Assembly (NCBI RefSeq): GCF_964213995.1
Contig: NC_135808.1
Span: forward strand, 12,958,001-13,022,000
Reading direction: 5' to 3'
DNA from: Mustelus asterias
Taxonomy: Eukaryota
Length of the DNA: 64,000 nucleotides
Position numbers and translations under genes: made by a program. This document shows, piece after piece, positions 38,220 to 47,718 of the stretch. Under the pieces are notes generated by a model, which made no database searches, was not told the origin of the DNA, and saw only the letters and a list, made by a program, of their open reading frames with translations. Position 1 is the first letter of the stretch, and every line of letters starts with the position of its first letter.

Positions 38220-39840
38220 AGAGGCTGGGGGGCAAAAAAAGGCTGGAGGGAGGGGGGGGCAAAAAAAGGCTGGAGGGGGGGGCAAAAAAGGCTGGAGGGA
38301 GGAGGGGGGGCAAAAAAGGCTGGAGGGAGGGGGGGGGCAAAAAAAGGCGGGGGGGAGGGGGGGGCAAAAAAAGGCTGGAGGGGGGGGCAAAAAAGGCTGG
38401 AGGGAGGAGGGGGGGCAAAAAAGGCTGGAGGGAGGAGGGGGGGCAAAAAAGGCTGGAGGGAGGAGGGGGGGGCAAAAAAGGCTGGAGGGAGGAGGGGGGG
38501 GCAAAAAAGGCTGGAGGGAGGAGGGGGGGCAAAAAAGGCTGGAGGGAGGAGGGGGGGCAAAAAAGGCTGGAGGGAGGGGGGGGCAAAAAAAGCTGGAGGG
38601 AGGAGGTGGGGCAAAAAAAGCTGGAGGGAGGAGGGGGGGCAAAAAAAGCTGGAGGGAGGAGGGGGGGCAAAAAAAGCTGGAGGGAGGGGGGAGGCAAAAA
38701 AGGCTGGAGGGAGGAGGGGGGGCAAAAAAAGGCTGGAGGGAGGAGGGGGGCAAAAAAGGCTGGAGGGAGGAGGGGGGCAAAAAAAGGCTGGAGGGAGGAG
38801 GGGGGGGGGAAAGGCTGGAGGGAAGAGGGGGGGCAAAAAAAGCTGGAGGGAGGAGGGGGGCAAAAAAGGCTGGAGGGAGGAGGGGGGCAAAAAAAGGCTG
38901 GAGGGAGGAGGGGGGGCAAAAAAAGGCTGGAGGGAGGAGGAGGGGGGCAAAAAAAGGCTGGAGGGAGGAGGGGGGGCAAAAAAAGGCTGGAGGGAGGAGG
39001 GGGGGCAAAAAAAGGCTGGAGGGAGGAGGGGGGGAAAGGCTGGAGGGAGGAGGGGGGCAAAAAAAGCTGGAGGGAGGAGGGGGGCAAAAAAAGCTGGAGG
39101 GAGGAAGGGGGGCAAAAAAAGCTGGAGGGAGGAGGGGGGCAAAAAAAGCTGGAGGGAGGAGGGGGGGGCAAAAAAAGCTGGAGGGAGGAGGGGGGGGCAA
39201 AAAATGCTGGAGGGAGGAGGGGGGCAAAAAAGGCTGGAGGGAGGAGGGGGGGCAAAAAAAGGCTGGAGGGAGGAGGGGGGCAAAAAAGGCTGGAGGGAGG
39301 AGGGGGGCAAAAAAAGGCTGGAGGGAGGAGGGGGGGAAAGGCTGGAGGGAGGAGGGGGGGCAAAAAAAGCTGGAGGGAGGAGGGGGGCAAAAAAGGCTGG
39401 AGGGAGGAGGGGGGCAAAAAAAGGCTGGAGGGAGGAGGGGGGGGCAAAAAAAGGCTGGAAGGAGGAGGAGGGGGGGCAAAAAAAGGCTGGAGGGAGGAGG
39501 GGGGGCAAAAAAAGGCTGGAGGGAGGAGGGGGGGCAAAAAAAAGGCTGGAGGGAGGAGGGGGGCAAAAAAAGGCTGGAGGGAGGAGGGGGGGGCAAAAAA
39601 AGGCTGGAGGGAGGAGGGGGGGGCAAAAAAAGGCTGGAGGGAGGAGGGGGGGCAAAAAAAGGCTGGAGGGAGGGCAAAAAAGGCTGGAGGGAGAGGGGGG
39701 CAAAAGAAAAGCTGGGGGGGCAAAAAAAGGCTGGGGAGGGGGGTCAAAGAGGCTGGGGTGAGGGGGGTCAAAGCGGCTGGGGGGAGGGGGAAAAGAAGCT
39801 GGCGTGGGGGCAACGTTGCTGGAGGGAGGGGGCAAAGGGG
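38220..39840 (+). repeat. G/A-rich minisatellite, ~28-30 bp unit GGGGGGCAAAAAAAGGCTGGAGGGAGGA, >50 copies
   Basis: Direct reading; unit length varies in G and A homopolymer runs; explains the spurious 500-640 aa low-complexity ORFs. Confidence 0.97.
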
Positions 39841-40353
39841 TTAGGCAGGGTGTAAAGTGGTTAATGGAATCCATAGAATCCTGACAGTGCAGCAGGCCAT
39901 TCAGCCAATCGAGTCTGCACGACCACTATCCCACCCAGGCCCTATCCCCATTTACCCTGCTAATCCCCCAACACTGGGGCTAATTTCACATGGCCAATCC
40001 ACTTAAGCGGCACATCTTTGGACTGTGGGATGAAACCCAGTAAGAGTTTTAACAACACCAGGTTAAAGTCCAACAGGTTTATTTGGTAGCTTGGTATTTG
40101 CTACCAAATAAACCTGTTGGACTTTAACCTGGTGTTGCCAAAACTCCCACTGTGTTCACCCCAGTCCAACGCCGGCATCGCCACATCAGGACGAAACCCA
40201 CGCAGACATGGGGAGAATGTGCAAGCTCCACACAATCACCCGAGGCAGGAATGGAACCCGGGTCCCTGGTGCTGTGAGGCAGCAGTGCTAACCACTGTGC
40301 CACACCTTTAAGCGGTAATTTAGTGAAGGAACATGAAGCAAAGTCTGAGCAAT

Positions 40354-40371
40354 GAAAAGAAAGCGAAACTG
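40354..40371 (+). promoter_or_regulatory. ISRE consensus GAAAGCGAAACT in intron 1
   Basis: Matches GAAANNGAAACT, with an additional upstream GAAA. Confidence 0.45.
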
Positions 40372-40545
40372 CGCCATTTGCAGAGAGGAGGACTGAAATC
40401 CCTGGGAGTGTCTGTAGTGGCTCTAATATCCCTGTGCAGGGGGAGAGGGAATGTGACCCACTCCCTGGAGTCGGCTCCCATTCATTCCCCGTTGTGCGGG
40501 AATTGCCTCTCACCCTGTTTCCCCCCTCTCCCTCCCCCTCCTCAC

Positions 40546-40612
40546 CTTCTGCCCCGCCGGCCCGGAGCTGGAAGAGGACGGGCAGCAACAGGAGTGGGAA
40601 TCGCTGCTCCAT
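40546..40612 (-). CDS. Exon 1 (signal peptide MEQRFPLLLLPVLFQLRAGGAE) of Ig-superfamily 5-TM gene
   Basis: ATG at 40612, hydrophobic leader of 22 codons +1 nt, then GAAG|GTGAGG donor (phase 1); lies in a CpG-rich non-repeat island. Confidence 0.85.
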
Positions 40613-40619
40613 CCCCGCA

Positions 40620-40810
40620 ACGTCTTAACTTCTAGCCAGCATCCAGAGATCAGTGTGGACCCCGATCCGCTCTCACCCTCTTCACAAGCGGACTGGGATC
40701 CGGATTCACTCGCTTCCGATTCCACTGGGGCTCTGAGTGAGCGATTGTCTGAACACAGGAGGGGGCGGAAGGAGCCAACCTGTTTACAAAAAAAATCGAA
40801 ACTCAACAAT
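40620..40810 (-). promoter_or_regulatory. CpG-rich proximal promoter/5'UTR with GC-box/ETS (ggggcggaag), forkhead (tgtttac) and IRF-E-like (aaaatcgaaact) motifs
   Basis: Motifs at 40761-40771, 40781-40787 and 40792-40803, directly upstream of exon 1. Confidence 0.5.
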
Positions 40811-41632
40811 TTCGATGGAAAGAATTTGTGACCGCAAGAGTCTGAGCCAGAACCAAGCCAGAGTAATTCAGTTCCTTAGCAATCCCACACCCCATTCCAG
40901 GATTTATAGAACAGTACAGCACAGTACAGGCCCTTCGGCCCTCGATGTGTTCTTTTCTTTTTTTTCAAAATGGATCACTTAACAGTTAGTGAATCCCATT
41001 CAATAGATGCCAGAGCCAATTACTGCTCCCAATTACTCAATGCCACCTGTCCTTCAACACTAGTCCTCTTTTATGTCAAACAAATAAACTAACTCAAATT
41101 AATTTAGGGACAAAGTAAAAGGGGCAACTCCCCAAAAAGGAGGGGGAACAGCCCGAACAAAAAACAAAGTACAAAGGAACACCCCATTCCAGTAACTCTG
41201 CAAACTCATTTTGAAATCATGATGTGGAGATGCTGGTGTTGGGCTGGCGTGGGCACAGTGAGAAGTCTCACAACACCAGCTTAAAGTCCAACAGGGGCGG
41301 CACGGTAGCACAGTGGTTAGCACTGCTGCTTCACAGCTCCAGGGACCTGGGTTCGATTCCCGGCTCGGGTCACTGTCTGTGTGGAGTTTGCACATTCTCC
41401 TCGTGTCTGCGTGGGTTTCCTTCCTCCCACAGTCCAAAGATGTGCGGGTTAGGTTGATTGGCCAGGTTAAAAATTTCCCCTTAAAGTTCTGAGATATGTA
41501 GGTTAGAGGGATTAGTGGGTAAATATGTGGGGGTAGGGTCTGGGTGGGATTGTGGTCGGTGCAGACTCGATGGGCCGAATGGCCTCCTTCTGCACTGTAG
41601 GGTTTCTATGATTTCTATGAGGTTTATATGGT

Positions 41633-41906
41633 TGATGCACGTCAATCGAGCACAAGACACAAGGCTTCGGTAACTGAAGGCTTTTATTGCCTAACAATGG
41701 AACTATTAGAACATAAGTACACCACTCCAGACTGAAGGGGTCCCGCCCGAGCAGGGGGTCTTATACCTCTCCCAGGAGGCGGGGCCCGACTGGGATGTGC
41801 CACAACAGCAACAACCACAGGTGTATTAATCCCACAGTGTAAACACCCTAGCCCAACAACAACATTAGAACAACCCCACAGTGGGAACCAACGATGGTTC
41901 ACCACA
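41633..41906 (-). repeat. Gypsy 3' LTR (274 bp)
   Basis: Matches 46002-46319 apart from 2 substitutions and a 44-bp duplication. Confidence 0.95.
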
Positions 41907-41976
41907 TTCACCCCTCCTTTGAGAACAAAGGCCGGCGGGGTGCGAAAACAGACTATATAAAAAAAATGTCAACAAT

Positions 41977-44900
41977 CTACAAGTCCAGACGGTCTGGAGG
42001 ACCGCACCGTTGTTGTGACCTCCTCAATACCGGCGGTGACACCGGAGCAGGTGCTTGCGGTGGCGTTCTCTCCAAAACAGCGTCCGGCTGTCCTCTCGCG
42101 GACTCACGGGCCGGTTGACCCTGATGAAGCGGTAGTGCAGGGGATCCCGGTACATTCTTCGATGGCGCCGATCTCCGAGTCTCAGGCAAGCTGTACAGTG
42201 GAGTATAACTGTTATGCACTGGTCCCGGTGCTGACCGCGCCACGTCCGGGGGAGAAATAAGAGATAGGGGATTCGTGACTGGGGGTATGGGAGCGACAGG
42301 GGTTGCTACGTCCCCTGCGGGCGCCAGGTCTCGGATCGAGACTGTGTCCTCTCGCCCGTCAGGATATGCCACATAGGCATACTGAGGGTTGGCGTGGAGG
42401 AGGTGGACCGGTTCGACCAAGGGGTCGGACTTGCGGGCCCTCACATGTCGCCGCAGAAGGACGGGTCCTGGGTACGTCAACCAGGCTGGTAAAGATATCC
42501 CCGAGGACGACTTCCGAGGGAATGAGAACATCCTCTCGTGGGGAGTAGCATTGGTTGCCGTACACAGGAGGGAGCGAATGGAGTGAAGCGCATTTGGGAG
42601 GACCTCCTGCCAATGGGAGACTGGAAGGCCTTTGGACTTCAGCGCCAATAGGACAGCCTTCCAGACTGTAGCATTCTCTCTTTCCACCTGTCCATTGCCC
42701 CTAGGGTTGTAACTCGTGGTCCTACTAGAGGCAATCCCGTATGAGAGCAGGAATTGCCTCAAGTCATTACTCATGAACGACGAGCCCCTGTCGCTATGTA
42801 TATAGCTGGGGTACCCGAACAGGGTAAAAAGATCACGGAATGCCTTGATCGACGTGTCCGCACAGGGGACAACAAACGGGAACCGGGAGAACTCGTCTAT
42901 GATGTTAAGAAAGTACACGTTCCGATCTGTTGAGGGAAGGGGGCCCTTAAAATCCACACTCAGCCTCTCGAAGGGGCGAGTGGCCTTGACCAAATGTGCC
43001 CGGTCAGGTCGGTAAAAGTGCGGTTTGCATTCCGCGCAAATCCGACAGCTCCTTGTCACTGACCTGACGTCTTCCACCGAGTAAGGCAGGTTGCGGGCTT
43101 TGATGAAGTGGTAGAGCCGAGTGACCCCAGGATGGCACAGGTCATTATGGAGGGCGTTCAAGCGGTCCTCCTGCATAGTAGCGCATGTTCCGCGCGAGAG
43201 GGCATCCGAGGGCTCATTGAGTTTCCCTGGACGATACATAATATCGTAATTATAGGTGGAGAGCTCAATTCTCCACCGCAAGATCTTGTCGTTCTTGATC
43301 TTGCCCCTCTGCGTGTTATTGAACATAAACGCCACGGACCGCTGGTCCGTGATCAGGGTGAACCGCTTCCCCGCCAGGTAATGGCGCCAGTGTCTGACGG
43401 CCTCCACAATGGCCTGGGCCTCCTTTTCCACCGCTGAATGCCGAATTTCGGGACCTTGAAGGGTGCGGGAAAAAAACGCGACGGGCCTGCCTGCCTGGTT
43501 TAGTGTGGCGGCCAGGGCGAAATCAGATGCATCACTTTCCACCTGAAAAGGGATGGATTCGTCCACCGCGTGCATCGTGGCTTTCGCAATGTCGTGCTTC
43601 AATGCCTTGAAGGCCAATTGGGCCTCTGGCGTGAGTGGAAAAGTCGTGGACTTAATAAGCTTCCGGGCTTTGTCCGCGTAGTTGGGGACCCACTGCGCAT
43701 AATAGGAGAAGAAGCCTAGGCATCTCCTCAGTGCTTTTGCGCTAGCAGGCAAAGGAAGTTCAGCAAGGGGGCGCATACGGTCGGGATCTGGGCCAATGAC
43801 CCCGTTCTCCACTACGTATCCCAGGATGGCTAACCGGCGCGTACGGAATACACACTTCTCCCTGTTGTAGGTCAGATTCAGGCGAGATGCAGTGCGCAAA
43901 AAGTTCTGGAGGTTTGTGTCATGGTCCTGCTGATCACGGCCGCAGATGGTGACATTATCCAGGTACGGGAAGGTAGCCCGCAGCCCATTCTGGTCCACCA
44001 TTCGGTCCATAGCACGCTGGAAGACTGAGACCCCATTGGTGACACCAAATGGAACCCTAAGAAACTGATACAGACGACCATCCGCCTCAAAAGCCGTGTA
44101 ATGTCGGTCCTCTGGGTGGATGGGGAGTTGGTGGTAGGCGGACTTAAGGTCTATGGTGGAGAACACCCGGTACTGCGCAATCTGATTGACCATATCAGAT
44201 ATGCGCGGGAGAGGATACGCATCCAGCTGCGTATATCGATTAATGGTCTGACTGTAATCAATGACCATCCGGGGTTTGTTCCCGCTCTTAACCACCACGA
44301 CCTGTGCTCTCCACGGACTAACACTGGGCTGTATGATCCCTTCTTTGAGGAGCCGCTGAACCTCAGATCTGATGAAGATCCGATCTTCAGCGCTGTAACG
44401 CCTACTTTTAGTAGCGATGGGCTTGCAGCCTGGTACCAGATTCTTAAATAAAGAGGGTGTGGTGATCTTTAATGTGGAAAGATTGCATGTGGGGCGCTTT
44501 GGACAATTTGGAGGCTGCAGCTGGTCCCCTACTGTCAGCGAAGGGAGTGGCCCACCGTACTGTAGGATCACACTCTTCATGTGGACCATAAAGTTTAGTC
44601 CGAGGAGAATTGGTGCGCAAAGATGCGGCAACACAAGGAGCCTGTATCGCTCATAAATTGTGCCCTGCACTTTCAGAATTACCACACAACGTCCTTGAAC
44701 CGGTACAGATCGGGACCGTGATGCCATAGAAATTGTCTGTTTGGCAGGTAGAACCCGGAGTCCACACCTCTTTACAGTGTCAGGGTGAATAAAGCTCTCA
44801 GTGCTCCCGCTGTCAAACAGACAATAAACTGTACGACCATCTACCTTAATGTTCATCATTGAACAGTCAAGCCTGTGGTGCTTAGCCTGGTCCAGGGTGA

Positions 44901-45960
44901 TCGACGCCACCGTTGGCCCTTGGACGTCACTGCAGGCAGCTGAGGTCGATGCTGAGGACCCCTGCTGGTCGCTCCTGGTCGTCGTCGACCAAAATGGCCG
45001 CCCCCATGAATCGCACATGGTTGAGGGCGCCAAGCGTAGCGACTCCTGGTGGTCATCCTCCTCCGACTCCGCCGACCACAATGGCGTCGTCCTGGACTCG
45101 CACGTGGACGGACCTCGTGGGTACTTCGACGTCGATGGTGATGATCCCCGTTCTGGAGGGTCACAGGCTGCACTGCCGTTCTTGGGCTTCGATCTGCAGA
45201 CTTTCGCGTAGTGCCCCTTTTTACCGCATTGATTACAGACCACCGCTTTAGCAGGACACTTTTGCCGTGGATGCTTGGCTCCTCCGCAGAAGTAGCACCG
45301 CGGGCCGCCTGGGGCTGCCGCCGTCGTCGGGTCTATATGGGAGCACACCATAATACTGCACTTCGAGCCCGTGGGGTGAGGAGGGATTTGTGACTGCTCC
45401 TGCCACGTTGTCTCCACGTGGTCCTCCGGATACAGGACCAAGCTCTTCGAAGCCGCCTCAAGCATTTCAGCCATCTCCATAGCTTGGGTCAGGTTGAGAT
45501 TCCCCTTCTCCAGCAGCTTGAGACGGATGTACGAAGACCCTACCCCTGCCACAAACGCATCTCGGGCGAGGTCGTACATGTACTGCTCAGCCGACACAGC
45601 TTTGCAGTCGCAGCCCCTGGCAAGCTGCAAGAGCTCATTGGCGTAATCCTCCATGGTTTCGCCCGACTGCCGACGTCGTGTAGCGAGGAGGTAACGAGCG
45701 TGGATCTCGTTGGGAGGTCTCGTGTAGCGCTTTTTTAAAAGCTCGAGGGCCCTCGGGTAAGTGGTGGCCGCACGGATCGCGAGGTAGACAGTGTCGCTTA
45801 CCCTCGCATGGAGGACCCGGAGTCTGTCGTCATCCGTGATGACCGCTGCAGAGGCTGCCAGGTAGTCCTCGAAACACTTCAGCCAGTGGTCGAAGGTGTT
45901 AGAGGCGCCGACCGCACGTGGATCCAGCGTCAGAGGCTCTGGCTTTAGTATTTGTTCCAT
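41977..45960 (-). CDS. Gypsy gag-pol polyprotein (1327 aa): two Zn knuckles, protease DSGS, RT, RNase H (ESDASD), integrase HHCC + DDE
   Basis: CYFCGGAKH..C..CNQCGKKGH..C; LFDSGS; DLKSAYHQL, PFG, YLDN; HNDLCHPG..CRICAEC; VDFKG/HSDRG/VERE; RT-RH-IN order. Confidence 0.95.
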   Translation of the reverse strand: MEQILKPEPLTLDPRAVGASNTFDHWLKCFEDYLAASAAVITDDDRLRVLHARVSDTVYLAIRAATTYPRALELLKKRYTRPPNEIHARYLLATRRRQSGETMEDYANELLQLARGCDCKAVSAEQYMYDLARDAFVAGVGSSYIRLKLLEKGNLNLTQAMEMAEMLEAASKSLVLYPEDHVETTWQEQSQIPPHPTGSKCSIMVCSHIDPTTAAAPGGPRCYFCGGAKHPRQKCPAKAVVCNQCGKKGHYAKVCRSKPKNGSAACDPPERGSSPSTSKYPRGPSTCESRTTPLWSAESEEDDHQESLRLAPSTMCDSWGRPFWSTTTRSDQQGSSASTSAACSDVQGPTVASITLDQAKHHRLDCSMMNIKVDGRTVYCLFDSGSTESFIHPDTVKRCGLRVLPAKQTISMASRSRSVPVQGRCVVILKVQGTIYERYRLLVLPHLCAPILLGLNFMVHMKSVILQYGGPLPSLTVGDQLQPPNCPKRPTCNLSTLKITTPSLFKNLVPGCKPIATKSRRYSAEDRIFIRSEVQRLLKEGIIQPSVSPWRAQVVVVKSGNKPRMVIDYSQTINRYTQLDAYPLPRISDMVNQIAQYRVFSTIDLKSAYHQLPIHPEDRHYTAFEADGRLYQFLRVPFGVTNGVSVFQRAMDRMVDQNGLRATFPYLDNVTICGRDQQDHDTNLQNFLRTASRLNLTYNREKCVFRTRRLAILGYVVENGVIGPDPDRMRPLAELPLPASAKALRRCLGFFSYYAQWVPNYADKARKLIKSTTFPLTPEAQLAFKALKHDIAKATMHAVDESIPFQVESDASDFALAATLNQAGRPVAFFSRTLQGPEIRHSAVEKEAQAIVEAVRHWRHYLAGKRFTLITDQRSVAFMFNNTQRGKIKNDKILRWRIELSTYNYDIMYRPGKLNEPSDALSRGTCATMQEDRLNALHNDLCHPGVTRLYHFIKARNLPYSVEDVRSVTRSCRICAECKPHFYRPDRAHLVKATRPFERLSVDFKGPLPSTDRNVYFLNIIDEFSRFPFVVPCADTSIKAFRDLFTLFGYPSYIHSDRGSSFMSNDLRQFLLSYGIASSRTTSYNPRGNGQVERENATVWKAVLLALKSKGLPVSHWQEVLPNALHSIRSLLCTATNATPHERMFSFPRKSSSGISLPAWLTYPGPVLLRRHVRARKSDPLVEPVHLLHANPQYAYVAYPDGREDTVSIRDLAPAGDVATPVAPIPPVTNPLSLISPPDVARSAPGPVHNSYTPLYSLPETRRSAPSKNVPGSPALPLHQGQPARESARGQPDAVLERTPPQAPAPVSPPVLRRSQQRCGPPDRLDL

Positions 45961-46001
45961 ACTCTCCTTTCCGTCGAGAGCTTAGTGTTAGGCAATAAAA
46001 T

Positions 46002-46319
46002 TGATGCACGTCAATCGAGCACAAGACCCAAGGCTTCGGTAACTGAAGACTTTTATTGCCTAACAATGGAACTATTAGAACATAAGTACACCACTCCAGA
46101 CTGAAGGGGTCCCGCCCGAGCAGGGGGTCTTATACCTCTCCCAGGAGGCGGGGCCCGACTGGGATGTGCCACAACAGCAACAACCACAGGTGTATTAATC
46201 CCACAGTGTAAACACCCTAGCCCAACAACAACATTAGAACAATCCCACAGTGTGAACACCCTAGCCCAACAACAACATTAGAACAACCCCACAGTGGGAA
46301 CCAACGATGGTTCACCACA
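46002..46319 (-). repeat. Gypsy 5' LTR (318 bp, with internal 44-bp tandem duplication)
   Basis: Duplicated ccacagtgt(a/g)aacaccctagcccaacaacaacattagaacaa unit. Confidence 0.95.
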
Positions 46320-47718
46320 ATGGTAGCACAAGCTACCACATGTGGCTGGTTTCAGATCTCTAGCTGCAGAAAATTATCCTCCTTACCCCTTGCCCACCCC
46401 ATTCCCAAGCCCCTTGTATCTCTCCCCAAATCCTGAAGTCTGCGTCCACCCCTCAGACCTTATCCTCAGCTCTATAATGGGAACAGTTTTCCCTTTAATA
46501 CTGATTTTGTACACTTCAGTCTCCTTTGCTCTGACCCCAGCTTCTCCAATTTAGTGTTGCAACTAAAATTCCACAGCCCTGGAATTACTCTGATGACTCT
46601 CCTTATAATAATAAAAGTTTATTTATTATTGTCACATTCAGGCTTATATTAACACTGCAGTGAAGTTACTGTGAAAATACCCTAATCACCACACTCCGGC
46701 GCCTGTTCAGGTACACTAAGGGAGAATGCACTCCCAATGCACCTAACCAACACATCTTTCGGACTGTGGGAGGAAACTGGAGCACCTGGAGGAAACCCAC
46801 GCAGATACGGGGAGAACATGCAGACTCCGCACAGACAATGACCCAAGCCGGGAATCGAACCCAGATCCCTGGCGCTGTGAGGCAGTAGTGCTAACCACTG
46901 TGCCACCCATGTAGATGCAGAATTAAAAAAAACTTCCTCACACCACCGCACCCCAACCCCTTTGTATCTCTTGCCCAAATCCTGAAGTCTGTGTCCCCTT
47001 AGCTATATAATGGATACAGTTTTCTTTTTAATACTGATTTTGTACACCTCAGTTTCCTTTGCTCACAACCCCAGCTTCTCCAATTTAGAGTTGTAACTAA
47101 AATTCCTTAGCCCTGGAACTACTCTGATGACTCTCCTTGTGTACCAACTCACAGTGGTTAGCTGCCTCACAGTGCCAGGGACCCGGTTTGCTTCCCGGCT
47201 TGGGTCACTGTCTGTGCGGAGTCTGTACATTCTCATCGTGTCTGCGTGGGTTTCCTCTGGGTGCTCCGGTTTCTTCCCACACTCCAAAGGGCCTGGGTAA
47301 AACGCTCTGTCTGAGAGTCGGTGCAGACTCGATGGGCCGAACGGCCTCCTTCTGTACTGTAGGGATTCTATGAGCAGACATAAGAACAGAAGTAGGCCAT
47401 TTGGCCCATCAAGTCTGTCCCACTATTCAGTGCGGGTTAGGTGGATTGGCCATGCTAAATTGCCCCTTAGTGTCAGGGGGACTAGCTGGGGTAAATACAT
47501 GGGGTTATGGGAATAGAGCCTGTGTGGGATTGTGGCTGGTGCAGACTTATGGGTTGATGGCCTCCTTCTGCACTATAGGATTCTATGATTCCATGATTCT
47601 TACTGAGACGTATAGGACTCTCAGGGGGCTTGACAGGGTAGATGCTGAGAGGCTGTTTCTCCTTGTGGGTGCATTTAGGACCAGAGGACATAATCTCAGA
47701 GTAATCATCCATTTAAAA

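Larger units (their letters stand above)
41633..46319 (-). mobile_element. Full-length Ty3/Gypsy LTR retrotransposon (Mag-like), young
   Basis: TG...CA LTRs 46002-46319 and 41633-41906, 5-bp TSD ATGGT (41628-41632, 46320-46324), PPT next to 3' LTR (41907-41920), single intact gag-pol ORF. Confidence 0.96.

Noticed and set aside
38220-39840. CRISPR array or true Ig class-switch region
   Set aside because: No unique spacers and the genome is eukaryotic; no Ig constant exons in the window; G-rich strand is the template strand
37903-39874. 530-644 aa Pro/Phe-rich and Gly/Lys-rich ORFs on both strands
   Set aside because: Translations of a stop-free minisatellite; open in all frames with homopolymer slippage; no coding signal
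7437-40612. Assigning the symbol CD47, CD2/SLAMF, CEACAM or HEPACAM
   Set aside because: The architecture matches none fully and orthology cannot be shown without searches
46370-47140. Two ~200-bp similar blocks
   Set aside because: Look like a local duplication of an old CR1 remnant; no coding or regulatory signal
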